Positions 8,875-18,017 of a DNA stretch of 64,000 nucleotides are shown in pieces. A program made the translations under genes and the position numbers. The DNA comes from Clostridiales bacterium (GTDB lineage: Bacteria; Bacillota; Peptococcia; DRI-13; UBA5745). The stretch's first letter is position 1. Every line of letters begins with the position of its first letter. Where the stretch lies: the NCBI GenBank assembly GCA_038562165.1, contig JBCFAO010000012.1:19850-83849 (forward strand), in the 5' to 3' direction. The notes beneath the pieces are model-generated. The model was not told the DNA's origin. It did no database searches and saw nothing but the letters and a program-made list of their open reading frames with translations.

Positions 8875-10020
8875 ATGGAGACTATATATTTAGATAACGG
8901 AGCCACCAGCTTTCCCAAGGCCCCGGGTTTAGGCCAAGCTATGGCGGATTATTTGGATAACAATGGCGTTAATATCAACAGAGGCAGCTATCAGGCCGCC
9001 GCCTCCGCCGCCAATGGGGTGCTGGAGACAAGGGAGCTTTTGGGCGAGCTTTTTCATTATAGAAAGGAGTCCCACATTATTTTTTCTGCCGGGGTTACCC
9101 AAAGCCTTAATTTGATCATCAAGGGGCTCCTGAAACCGGGAGACCACTGTATTGTCAGCTCTATGGAGCATAACGGCGTAATGCGGCCCCTGGTGCAGAT
9201 GGCAGCCAAGGGAGTAACCTTTGACCGGGTGCCTTGCGACCGCCGGGGACGGCTGGTGCTCACCGGACTGGAGGAGCTTTTCCGGCCCAATACGAAGCTG
9301 GTGGTGATGCTGCATGCTTCCAATGTCTGCGGTACCCTGATGCCGATAGCCAAAGTAGCCAAGATCTGCCGGGAAAAAGCCGTGCCCTTTGTGCTGGACG
9401 CCGCTCAGACAGCAGGCCACATTGACATCAACATGGAAGAATTAGGCTTGGCCGCTCTTTGTTTCCCCGGCCATAAAGGGCTGATGGGCCCCGGCGGCAT
9501 CGGCGGCATGATTGTTGCGCCGTCTTTGGCGGCGGAGCTGGAGCCCTTAGTGGCAGGAGGCACCGGCAGCCATTCCGAATCCGAGGAAATGCCGCCAGAA
9601 CTGCCGGAGCGCTTTGAAGCCGGTACCATGAATATTGCCGGCATCTTTGGTCTGCGCCATAGCCTGCAATTCATTAAGAACCAGTCTCTGGAGGCCATTC
9701 ATCATAAGGAAATGATACTTACCGCCTGTTTCCTTGACGGCGTCAAAAGAATGGATAGTATCCGGATCGTAGGGGAGCCGGGTATGGCTAACCGGATGGC
9801 CGTAGTCTCCCTGGATTTTCTAAACCGGGATAATAGCGAAGTCGCCTTTCAACTGGCGGAGCAATACGGCATTATGACCCGCAGCGGGCTGCAATGCGCT
9901 CCATCGGCTCATAAGTCCCTGGGCACCTTCCCCCAGGGTACGGTGCGCTTTTCCTTTAGCTATTTCAATACGGAGGAGCAAATCGACAAAGCGGTGGAGG
10001 CAGTGAGGGCTCTGGCTTAA
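8875..10020 (+). CDS. Class V aminotransferase / cysteine desulfurase-selenocysteine lyase family (short N-terminus, EF2568-like subfamily)
   Basis: 381 aa. IYLDNGATSFPK N-terminus, SSMEHNG, PLP-lysine region FPGHKGLMGPGG. Confidence 0.85.
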   Translation: METIYLDNGATSFPKAPGLGQAMADYLDNNGVNINRGSYQAAASAANGVLETRELLGELFHYRKESHIIFSAGVTQSLNLIIKGLLKPGDHCIVSSMEHNGVMRPLVQMAAKGVTFDRVPCDRRGRLVLTGLEELFRPNTKLVVMLHASNVCGTLMPIAKVAKICREKAVPFVLDAAQTAGHIDINMEELGLAALCFPGHKGLMGPGGIGGMIVAPSLAAELEPLVAGGTGSHSESEEMPPELPERFEAGTMNIAGIFGLRHSLQFIKNQSLEAIHHKEMILTACFLDGVKRMDSIRIVGEPGMANRMAVVSLDFLNRDNSEVAFQLAEQYGIMTRSGLQCAPSAHKSLGTFPQGTVRFSFSYFNTEEQIDKAVEAVRALA

Positions 10021-10028
10021 GCATAGAC

Positions 10029-10107
10029 AAAGAGCATGAATAAACAGAAAGAGAAAGAAGGCCTTTGATTGAGGCCTTTCTCCCAATAGTTTATGCATGC
10101 TCTTTTT
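10029..10107. terminator. Nested double hairpin between convergent genes (bidirectional terminator)
   Basis: Outer stem CAAAGAGCATGAATAAAC / GTTTATgCATGCTCTTT enclosing inner stem AAGGCCT-ttgattg-AGGCCTT. T-run follows on the + strand. Confidence 0.6.
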
Positions 10108-10120
10108 AAATTCAGGGGCC

Positions 10121-10528
10121 CTAGGCCAGCATAAATGAGAATTCCCCTTGGGCGCAGAGCTTGTCTCCGACGTAAACCTTGCCTTCCGCAAAGTAAAAGG
10201 GCTTCCTTGCTTTCGTAATCCGGCAGTGGCAGCGGACCCGGTCCCCCGGCTTTACGGGCTGGCGGAAGCGGACGTTGTTGAGGCTGGTATAATACGTCTC
10301 GGCGGCCTTTTCTTCTGCCAGGCAAACGGCACAGGATTGGGCCATCATTTCGCAGAGAATAACGCCGGGCACCACCGGATTGCCAGGGAAATGACCCTGG
10401 AGAAAAAACTCGTCGCCCCGGACGTCGTAATAAGCGGTGGCACTGCCGTCTTCATTAAGATAGGCTTCCTCCACCAAAAGCATAGGCTCCCGGTGGGGCA
10501 ATATGGCTTTGATTTCTTCTTTATTCAT
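10121..10528 (-). CDS. fabZ: 3-hydroxyacyl-ACP dehydratase
   Basis: LPHREPMLLVEE and GHFPGNPVVPGV motifs. Start moved to the ATG at 10528, 9 nt after AAGGAG (the ORF track starts at 10558). Confidence 0.9.
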   Translation of the reverse strand: MNKEEIKAILPHREPMLLVEEAYLNEDGSATAYYDVRGDEFFLQGHFPGNPVVPGVILCEMMAQSCAVCLAEEKAAETYYTSLNNVRFRQPVKPGDRVRCHCRITKARKPFYFAEGKVYVGDKLCAQGEFSFMLA

Positions 10529-10572
10529 TCTTTGCATCTCCTTGCTGGTCTGCCGCAATCAATCTGCCGCAA

Positions 10573-11811
10573 TCATTCTGCCGGCACAAAGGCTACCACG
10601 CTGTTGTGACCGCCAAAGCCCAAAGAGGTGGAAAGGGCAAAGTCGCAGGCCACGGCAGCCTTTTGGTTGGGGGTATAGTTCAGATCGCAGTCGGGGTCGG
10701 CTTCTTTATAGCCCATGGTGGGCGGAATGACCCCTTCATGCAAGGCCTTGACGGCGGCAATGGCCTCGGCGGCGCCGGCAGCCCCCAGCATATGGCCGGT
10801 CATGGATTTGGTGCTGCTGATGTGCAAGCTTTTAGCGGCAGTTTCGCCAAAGGCTTTCTTTATAGCCAGGGTTTCCGCTTTGTCATTAAGAGGAGTGGAA
10901 GTGCCGTGGGCATTGTAATAGACTTGCATGCCCTCCCGATATCCGGCTTCCGCCAAGGCTTGACGGATGGCATTGGCTGCTCCTTCCGCTTCCGGATGGG
11001 GAGCGGTGATATGGTAGGCGTCGCTGGTGTTGCCGTAGCCTTTAATCTCTGCGTAAATCTTAGCTCCCCGGGCTTTGGCCTGCTCATATTCCTCCAAAAC
11101 CAAGATGGCAGCTCCTTCACCCATTACGAAGCCATCCCGGTTTTTGTCAAAGGGAGTTGAGCTTTCCAAGGGCAGGTTTTTGGTGGAAAGGGCCTGGCAA
11201 TTGATGAAGCCTGCGGTGGCTAAAGCATTGATAGGAGCTTCGGTGCCGCCGGCAATAATGGCGTCGGCGTAGCCGTGCTTGATGGTGCGGAAGGCCTCGC
11301 CCAAAGTATGGGTGGAGGTGGCGCAGGCGGTGACCACCGGCAGGGTGGGGCCCATGGCTTGATACTTGATGGAAATATTACCGGTAGCCATGTTGGAGAT
11401 CATCATGGGGATAAAAAAGGGTGAAATTCTGCGGGGCCCGTCGGAGAGCAGTTTTTCGTGGCCGCTCATAAAGGTGTCCATACCGCCGATACCGGAGCCC
11501 ACGTAAACCCCCAGGCGTTCCGGTTTCACCCGGCCCATAATCCCGCTGTCCTCCATGGCCTGGGCGGCCGCGGCTAAAGCGTATTGGCTGTAAAGATCAG
11601 TGCGGCGAATATCATTTTTCTCCATATAAAGGGAAGGATCAAAGTCCTTTACTTCCGCCGCTATGTTTACCTTAAAACCCTCGGTATCAAACTTTGTAAT
11701 AAAATCAATGCCTACTTTACCGGCAAGCAAAGCCTGCCAATAGGCGGACAAGGTATTGCCGATGGGAGTGACGGCTCCCATTCCTGTTATTACTACTCTT
11801 TTCACATGCAT
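10573..11811 (-). CDS. fabF: 3-oxoacyl-ACP synthase II
   Basis: 412 aa. Active-site VVTACATSTH, HGTSTP, GHMLGAAG. Confidence 0.93.
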   Translation of the reverse strand: MHVKRVVITGMGAVTPIGNTLSAYWQALLAGKVGIDFITKFDTEGFKVNIAAEVKDFDPSLYMEKNDIRRTDLYSQYALAAAAQAMEDSGIMGRVKPERLGVYVGSGIGGMDTFMSGHEKLLSDGPRRISPFFIPMMISNMATGNISIKYQAMGPTLPVVTACATSTHTLGEAFRTIKHGYADAIIAGGTEAPINALATAGFINCQALSTKNLPLESSTPFDKNRDGFVMGEGAAILVLEEYEQAKARGAKIYAEIKGYGNTSDAYHITAPHPEAEGAANAIRQALAEAGYREGMQVYYNAHGTSTPLNDKAETLAIKKAFGETAAKSLHISSTKSMTGHMLGAAGAAEAIAAVKALHEGVIPPTMGYKEADPDCDLNYTPNQKAAVACDFALSTSLGFGGHNSVVAFVPAE

Positions 11812-12548
11812 AACCCCCCATCGATTTGGATCACGGCGCCGGTAATATAAGAGGCGTCCTCGGAAGCCAGGAAAGCCACAGCCTTAGCAATTTCCGCCGG
11901 CTGGCCCATCCGTTTCAAGGGTATGGAGGCCAAGGCTCCTTCTTTTACTTTATCCGGCAGCTTTGCCGTCATATCGCTTTCAATAAAGCCCGGCGCTACG
12001 GCATTGCAGGTAACGTTTCTGCCGGCCAGCTCCCGGGCCACGGTTTTGGTCAGGCCGATCATGCCGGCTTTGGCGCTGGCGTAGTTGGCCTGGCCCGCAT
12101 TGCCCATGATGCCGGCTACGGAAGTGATGTTGATGATCCGCCCGGAACGCTGCTTCATCATCGGGCTGTAGATATGCCGGATCATATTAAAAGCGCCTTT
12201 TAAATTGGCGTTGATCACCTGGTCGAAACTGGCCTCGCTCATGGAAAGCAGCAGGCCGTCTTTGGTGATGCCTGCGTTATTGACTAAGATATCAATTTTG
12301 CCAAAGCAGCCGAGGATTTCCTTTACCGTGTCCTTGGCTGCCTCAAAGGAGGCCACGTCGCAGCGGTAGGCTTTGGCCTTTACCGCCATTTGCTCAAGCT
12401 GGCCGCAGGTTTCCATAGCGGCTGCTTCGTTGCCATGATAAAGGATAGCCACATCGGCGCCTTGAGCAGCCAGCTCCAGGGCGATGGCCTTGCCGATGCC
12501 CCGGCTGCCGCCGGTGACCACGGCTGTTTTATTTTTTAAGTTTGTCAT
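11802..12548 (-). CDS. fabG: 3-oxoacyl-ACP reductase
   Basis: 248 aa SDR. TGGSRGIG, NNAG, YASAKAG. Confidence 0.92.
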   Translation of the reverse strand: MTNLKNKTAVVTGGSRGIGKAIALELAAQGADVAILYHGNEAAAMETCGQLEQMAVKAKAYRCDVASFEAAKDTVKEILGCFGKIDILVNNAGITKDGLLLSMSEASFDQVINANLKGAFNMIRHIYSPMMKQRSGRIINITSVAGIMGNAGQANYASAKAGMIGLTKTVARELAGRNVTCNAVAPGFIESDMTAKLPDKVKEGALASIPLKRMGQPAEIAKAVAFLASEDASYITGAVIQIDGGLCM

Positions 12549-12550
12549 GA

Positions 12551-13531
12551 TTATCTGGAACCTCCGTTGTTTTCCGGCAGGCCTTCGGCTTTCCCCATGC
12601 CGGCGTCGTTGCCGTTGCCGGCCCTATCGCTAAGTGCGGCCAGGGTTTGCTCCAGGCTGGCCTTATCCTCCACATTCAGGGTGCCGGCCTGAGGCAGGAT
12701 TTTATTGACCAGCCCGCAAAGGGTTTTGCCGGCCCCCAACTCCACGAAAGTGTCTACCCCCTGGGAGGCCAGATATTCGATGGAGGACTGCCAATAAAGG
12801 GGACTGTTGATTTGCCGGAAAAGCAGGTCTTTACCGGTATAGGGCCGGCCGCTGACGTTGGCGATTACCGGGATGGCGGCGGAAGCAAAGGCCAAACCGG
12901 CAAACTCCGCGGCCAAAGTTTCGGCGGCCTGATCCATAAAAGGTGAGTGGAAGCCGCCGCTGACGGCCAGTTTCAGGGCTTTGCCGCCGGCAGCTTTGAC
13001 TGCCGCCTGAAAAGGAGCGGCGGAATCAGCCTGGCAGGCTACCACCGTTTGATTGGCGCTGTTGTAATTGGCGGGATAGCAGCGGGCCAAGGCGCCGGCG
13101 ATTTCTTCGATGGCCGGGGCGGCCAGGCCCATAACGGCAAACATGGCGCTGCCGCTTTCCCGGGAGCATTGTTCCATCAGCTCTCCCCGGCGGCAGACGA
13201 AGCGGAAAGCCTCTTCATCGGTCAGGCTGCCGGCAAAGGCTAAGGCGGGAATCTCCCCCAGGGAAAAGCCGGCGATATAATCGGGCCCGATGCCTGCCCC
13301 TTCCAAGGTCCGGGCTGCTGCCAGGCCAACGCAAAACAAGGCGGGCTGAGTCACGCTGGTAACGGTCAGCTCTTCTTTGGAGGCGGCAAAGCATTGTTCC
13401 GAGGTGCCGGGGCGGATAGCGTCGGCCATAGCAAAAACAGTCCGGGCCTCCGGTGATACTTCCCACAATTCTTTGCCCATGCCGGTGTATTGGGCTCCCT
13501 GGCCGGCAAAAAGGAAAGCTATTTTACCCAT
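12551..13531 (-). CDS. fabD: Malonyl-CoA:ACP transacylase
   Basis: FLFAGQGAQYTGMG and GFSLGE nucleophile motif. About 25-aa low-complexity C-terminal tail. Confidence 0.92.
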   Translation of the reverse strand: MGKIAFLFAGQGAQYTGMGKELWEVSPEARTVFAMADAIRPGTSEQCFAASKEELTVTSVTQPALFCVGLAAARTLEGAGIGPDYIAGFSLGEIPALAFAGSLTDEEAFRFVCRRGELMEQCSRESGSAMFAVMGLAAPAIEEIAGALARCYPANYNSANQTVVACQADSAAPFQAAVKAAGGKALKLAVSGGFHSPFMDQAAETLAAEFAGLAFASAAIPVIANVSGRPYTGKDLLFRQINSPLYWQSSIEYLASQGVDTFVELGAGKTLCGLVNKILPQAGTLNVEDKASLEQTLAALSDRAGNGNDAGMGKAEGLPENNGGSR

Positions 13532-14463
13532 GCCGCGGCCTCCTTGAATTTTACTGCGGCTTCGGCAAATAATTCTTCAATGATTTCTTTAGCGGTTTGT
13601 TCTTTATTGACCAGGCCGCTGACCTGGCCGGCCATGAAGCAGCCGTTTTTTTCGTCTCCTTCTTTGACGGCCCGGCGCAGGGCTCCGGCTCCGAAAGCTT
13701 CCAGCTCTTCCAAAGACATCTCGTTTTGCATTTCGTTTTTCAGAAATTGATGGGTAAAAGGAGATTTAAGAGCCCGGACAGGATGGCCCAGCCGCCGGCC
13801 GGTGGTCATGGTGGCGATATCGCCCGCTGCCAGAACCTTCTTTTTATAATTTTCGTGGATAGTGCATTCTTTGGCTACCAAAAATCTGGTGCCCAACTGG
13901 ACGCCGCAGGCTCCCAGCATAAAGGCTGCCGCTACTCCCCGGCCGTCGCCGATGCCGCCGGCGGCAATGACCGGCAATTGTACTGCATCGCAGACTTGAG
14001 GCACCAGGGCCATCGTATTCAAATCGCCGATATGGCCGCCGGATTCACCGCCTTCGGCAATAACGGCCGCCGCCCCGGCCCGTTGGACCAGTTTGGCCAC
14101 GCCGGTGGAAGGGACCACGGGAATTACCTTGATTCCGGCAGCCAGCCAGGCTTTCATATATTTGGTGGGCAGACCGGCTCCCGTGGTCACTACCGGTACT
14201 TTTTCTTCGGCCACTAAGGTGGCAATGTCCTCCACAAAAGGGCTCATCAGCATGAGGTTGACGCCAAAGGGCTTATTGGTACGGGCCCGGGTTTGCCGAA
14301 TCTGCTCCCGGACATAGTCTGCCGGAGCGGAACCGGCGGAGATAATGCCTAAGCCGCCGGCTTCGGATACGGCGGAAGCCAGGCTGTAATCAGAAACCCA
14401 GGCCATACCGCCCTGAAAAATCGGGTATTGGATGCCTAACAGGTCGCATAAAATCGTTTTCAT
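13519..14463 (-). CDS. fabK: Enoyl-ACP reductase II (FMN, nitronate monooxygenase fold)
   Basis: 314 aa. LGIQYPIFQGGMAWVS N-terminus. Position between acpP and fabD as in FabK-type clusters. Confidence 0.85.
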   Translation of the reverse strand: MKTILCDLLGIQYPIFQGGMAWVSDYSLASAVSEAGGLGIISAGSAPADYVREQIRQTRARTNKPFGVNLMLMSPFVEDIATLVAEEKVPVVTTGAGLPTKYMKAWLAAGIKVIPVVPSTGVAKLVQRAGAAAVIAEGGESGGHIGDLNTMALVPQVCDAVQLPVIAAGGIGDGRGVAAAFMLGACGVQLGTRFLVAKECTIHENYKKKVLAAGDIATMTTGRRLGHPVRALKSPFTHQFLKNEMQNEMSLEELEAFGAGALRRAVKEGDEKNGCFMAGQVSGLVNKEQTAKEIIEELFAEAAVKFKEAAAWVK

Positions 14464-14503
14464 CTTAATACGGAATCCTCCAAATCCATGTGTTATATAA
14501 GGC

Positions 14504-14544
14504 CTAGTGCTTTGTGTCGGCTAAAACTTGTCACAGAGTACTGG
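14504..14544. repeat. Single copy of the GTGAC-hairpin repeat family (family B)
   Basis: CTAGTGCTTTGTGTCGGCTAAAACTTGTCACAGAGTACTGG. Self-complementary, and similar to the copies at 36655-36727 and 46075-46238. Confidence 0.6.
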
Positions 14545-14594
14545 TTAAAGAAGCAGGCTCTCCTTGGGTTTGGAAAGCCTGCTGAAGGGATTGA

Positions 14595-14816
14595 TTAAGC
14601 AGTCAGACTGTTGATGAGAGAGACCAAATCTCCTACTGTTTGCAGGGTTTCGTCAGCCTCGATGGTGATACCGAACTCTTCTTCGAAGGCCATAATCAGC
14701 TCCACCGTATCCAGGGAGTCAAAGCCCAGAGATTCCAACGTAGATTCGGCAGTAATGGCGGCAGGATCTAATTCCTTTTTTTCAGCGATAAGGTTAGTTA
14801 CTTTTTCTAATGTCAT
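14595..14816 (-). CDS. acpP: Acyl carrier protein
   Basis: 73 aa. LGFDSLDTVELIM phosphopantetheine-attachment motif. Confidence 0.93.
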   Translation of the reverse strand: MTLEKVTNLIAEKKELDPAAITAESTLESLGFDSLDTVELIMAFEEEFGITIEADETLQTVGDLVSLINSLTA

Positions 14817-14893
14817 TGTGGTTCCTCCTCGATTTTAATGAGAGTTTTAAAGTAAATTCGGTCAGGCTGCCAGAGTTTTAAAATAAAGACCGG

Positions 14894-15850
14894 CTAGAGC
14901 TTTATTATGCAGGCCCCGGTAGTAAAACCGCCGCCGAAAGCCGACAAAACGATAATGTCTCCCCTTTGGATTTTACCCTGCCGCCACAGATCATCCAGCA
15001 AAAGGGGAATGCTGGCGGAAGAGGTATTGCCATAATGTTGGATACCGATGGCTGTTTGTTCCTCGGTGAAGCCCAAAAGCTTGGCGGCGCTTTGAATGAT
15101 CCGGATATTGGCCTGATGGGGGATCACCATTTTGACCTGGGCCGGCGTAAGACCCGCCTGAGCCAAAGCTTTTTTAACATCCTTAACCATGGCGCCTACG
15201 GCAAACTTAAATACCTTGCGGCCGGACATGCTAAGAACATTGGGCCGGTGGGGCAATTGGCTGAAGGGATTGATATTGTTGAACCCGGGAATCAATAGGG
15301 CCTGCTCTGTATCGCTTTGGGCTGTCAGCACCCTGGCCAGGAGGCCATCGCCTTTTTGCAGCACTACAGCTCCGGCACCGTCGCCAAAAAGAACGCAGGT
15401 GGAGCGGTGATTCCAGTCCAGATGCTTCGACATCATTTCGCAAGCCACCACCAGCACCTTATCTGCCCGGCCGCTGTCCAGATAAGCAGCCGCCACATCC
15501 AAAGCATAAATGAAGCCGGTACAGGCTGCATTGAGATCAAAGGCGGGGCAATGGGCGCCGATTTCCTGCTGCACCATGCAGGCTAAGGAGGGGGTGACAT
15601 TGTCTCCCTGCAAAGTAGCGCATATGATCAGATCCAAATCAGCCGCTGCTATGCCGGCATTGGCCAAGGCCTGGTTAGAGGCGGTGGCAGTGAGTTCCAG
15701 ACCGGTTTCCGTGGTGGCGATAAACCGGGTTTTAATGCCGCTGCGGCTGGTGATCCATTCGTCATTAGTGTCCACTATGGTGGAAAGCTGGTCGTTGGTT
15801 AAAGAAAATTGCGGATGGGCTTTGCCCGTTCCCATAATTTGAAAGCTCAT
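14894..15850 (-). CDS. fabH: 3-oxoacyl-ACP synthase III
   Basis: 318 aa. DLNAACTGF (Cys), PHQANIRI (His), GNTSSAS (Asn). Confidence 0.92.
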   Translation of the reverse strand: MSFQIMGTGKAHPQFSLTNDQLSTIVDTNDEWITSRSGIKTRFIATTETGLELTATASNQALANAGIAAADLDLIICATLQGDNVTPSLACMVQQEIGAHCPAFDLNAACTGFIYALDVAAAYLDSGRADKVLVVACEMMSKHLDWNHRSTCVLFGDGAGAVVLQKGDGLLARVLTAQSDTEQALLIPGFNNINPFSQLPHRPNVLSMSGRKVFKFAVGAMVKDVKKALAQAGLTPAQVKMVIPHQANIRIIQSAAKLLGFTEEQTAIGIQHYGNTSSASIPLLLDDLWRQGKIQRGDIIVLSAFGGGFTTGACIIKL

Positions 15851-16315
15851 TTATTTCTCCAATTTTATAGCGTTTTTTTCAAAGTATTGATTTAACCGCA
15901 AAACGCCGTTATAAAAAACTTGTTTTTCTTCTTCGCTCATATCCTTTGTAATGGTGTTGACCATTTTCCGGTGGAAGAAATGATGAAGCCGATAGACCCG
16001 CTTACCCGCCTTCGTCAGGGAAATATAAACTGACCGGCCGTCGGAGGGATTTTTTTCTTTGAGCAAAAAATTTTTGGCCACCAGCTTATTTACGGCGATA
16101 GTTACCGAGGCCAGAGTAATGTTGAGGGCGGAAGCAATATCACTGATCGTCGCCGTTTCCCGGCGGCCGATGGCATCGATGAGATGGACTTCGCTGATGG
16201 AAGCATCAATATTGTTATCCCGCAGGTTTGCTTCCTCGATCTTCAAGATGTATTCAAAAGTCTCGGTCAGCAAATCGCTCAATTGGTCTTTGAAATCGGC
16301 CAAGTCTAAAGGCAC
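15851..16315 (-). CDS. fabT: MarR-family regulator at the head of the fab cluster (FabT-like)
   Basis: 154 aa winged-helix MarR pattern, directly abutting fabH. GTG start, exact start uncertain. Confidence 0.7.
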   Translation of the reverse strand: MPLDLADFKDQLSDLLTETFEYILKIEEANLRDNNIDASISEVHLIDAIGRRETATISDIASALNITLASVTIAVNKLVAKNFLLKEKNPSDGRSVYISLTKAGKRVYRLHHFFHRKMVNTITKDMSEEEKQVFYNGVLRLNQYFEKNAIKLEK

Positions 16316-16327
16316 CTCCCCTCAATT

Positions 16328-16348
16328 AATTAGTTAGACTATCTAATT
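16328..16348. promoter_or_regulatory. 21-bp palindrome upstream of fabT (candidate FabT operator)
   Basis: AATTAGtTAGaCTAtCTAATT, 18 of 21 positions self-complementary, 13 nt upstream of the fabT start. Confidence 0.4.
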
Positions 16349-16394
16349 ATATAGCGGTGGAGGAAAATGTCAATAGGAATATTGTAAACATTGC

Positions 16395-16612
16395 TGACTG
16401 CACAAAAATGCAGGTTTGTAACCTGGCGCGCCCTCAGATGAGCAAAATTGCAGGTTTGTATCTGCTTAAAAATGTTGAAAGACGGGTTTTTCGCTGTATT
16501 TAGGGCCAGAGGCGAAATGGAACCACTAAACTTAAAGGAATGATACGCTACAAACTTGAAATTTTGCTCAAAATGGTTCCGCTATCACTGACAAACCTGC
16601 AAGGTTTGCACA
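16395..16612. repeat. Family A modular inverted-repeat element, copy 1
   Basis: Core CAAAAWTGCAGGTTTGT at 16403 and 16443 (+). Inverted cores ACAAACYTG.A..TTTG at 16550 and 16591. 40-41 bp module spacing. Confidence 0.75.
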
Positions 16613-16837
16613 AAGTTGACTCGCAACAGACCGACTACACCGTCCAGCCATCAAAAAAGAAGGCTGCCCCAAAATGAAATGGTCCCCATGTCAAGGACAA
16701 TTTTAAAAAGAGGCCTATAAAAATCTCTGTAGAACTGATTAAATGGGTTTTACGGAGGAGATATGCAAGCAAATGCTGGCAGCAATATCAACTTCGATAG
16801 AACTGCCAGCATTTAATATATCCGCATATCTATTAGT

Positions 16838-17044
16838 ATGATGAACGCTATTGTAAAAGGATTTCCCATGGCAAAGCAAAACGACAAAAAGGAATACGAA
16901 CAATTAGAGGACTTTTTCGAGCAGCTCCGCAGTGATTATTGGTCGGTAAGGGGCACTCTGGATGAAGCGAACAAAAAAATAGAGTTCTTGGAATCACTCT
17001 GCCGTATCTATGGTATCTCTATTCCAGAAGAAATGCCGTTCTGA
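16838..17044 (+). CDS. Small hypothetical ORF whose stop codon is supplied by the IS terminus (probably truncated)
   Basis: 68 aa, no recognisable family. Its TGA (17042-17044) is the first three bases of the putative IS inverted repeat TGATCT. Confidence 0.3.
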   Translation: MMNAIVKGFPMAKQNDKKEYEQLEDFFEQLRSDYWSVRGTLDEANKKIEFLESLCRIYGISIPEEMPF

Positions 17045-17045
17045 T

Positions 17046-18017
17046 CTATACATGGATAGGATAATTTCCAGTCCGTAGATATTCATCGTACTGGTTCGGC
17101 GACAATTTGGCTAAATCCCACTGATAACGATCATTGTTGTAGTAATCCATATAGTCTTCAATAATGATCTTCAATTCTTCGAATGTATTGCAGCCTTCCA
17201 AATGGATTTCATCTTTCATATGACCAAAGAAGGACTCCTGCGGTGCGTTGTCCCAGCAATTTCCTCGCCTTGACATAGACTGACGTAATTCGTTGTCCTT
17301 GAGCAGGGCCTGAAAGGATATGCTGGTGTAATGGCAGCCCTGATCGGAGTGGATGATGGTTTCCTTACTCAAAGAAATTCCATGCTTTTGTATCAGGAGA
17401 CTGACCGTTTCCAGTACAAAGTCCACTTCTAAAGAATCGCTTACCGCATATGCCAACACCTGCTTGGTGCAGGCATCGAAAATCGTGGAAAGATACGCCT
17501 TACGGCTGCTTTGGTAGAACAGGTACGTAATATCTGTCAGAAGTATGGCTCTTGAGCCGTGTTCCTCAAACTCACGGTTAACAAGGTTCTCTGCTACATT
17601 GCTGGTTTTTAAGGCTTTTGCCATACGACGGTATGGATTCGCTTTTCGTATCGGACAGCAAAGATTGAATTTTTTCATTAGCCGGCTGATTTTCTTCTGG
17701 TTCATTCGCATGCCCATATGTAACAGCCGCATGTAAATTCCACGTCGTCCTTTATCATATCCGCGGAACTGATATGCCTCCAGAATCAACTCAAAATCTG
17801 CCTTGTCCCGTAAAGCTTTATCCCTACGGATGGACTGAGAATTCAGCCAGTTGTAGTATCCGCTTCTGGAAACGCCTGCATTTTCACACAACCAGCTTAT
17901 ATTAAGCTCGTTATTGTCCCGCGATGTTATTTCTCGGATGAGTTTGAATTTTTCTTCTGGTGAGGCTTCTGTTTTTCTTTCCTTTCCGTCTGTCTGTTTA
18001 AAAATTCGATTTTTTTT
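17046..18017 (-). CDS. IS3-family transposase OrfB (DDE/rve), expressed as an OrfAB fusion by -1 frameshift
   Basis: HSDQGCHYTS DDE-region motif. I translated the -1 frame by hand: it is open from the stop at 18024-18026 to 17046 with no ATG, consistent with frameshift expression. Confidence 0.85.
   Translation of the reverse strand, partial: KKNRIFKQTDGKERKTEASPEEKFKLIREITSRDNNELNISWLCENAGVSRSGYYNWLNSQSIRRDKALRDKADFELILEAYQFRGYDKGRRGIYMRLLHMGMRMNQKKISRLMKKFNLCCPIRKANPYRRMAKALKTSNVAENLVNREFEEHGSRAILLTDITYLFYQSSRKAYLSTIFDACTKQVLAYAVSDSLEVDFVLETVSLLIQKHGISLSKETIIHSDQGCHYTSISFQALLKDNELRQSMSRRGNCWDNAPQESFFGHMKDEIHLEGCNTFEELKIIIEDYMDYYNNDRYQWDLAKLSPNQYDEYLRTGNYPIHV

Noticed and set aside
16395-16612. 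Family A clusters considered as miniature CRISPR arrays (17-bp core at a 41-bp period)
   Set aside because: There are only 2-3 units per arm and the arms are inverted relative to each other. The 'spacers' are partly conserved (CTAACTG flank), and there is no leader or cas genes.
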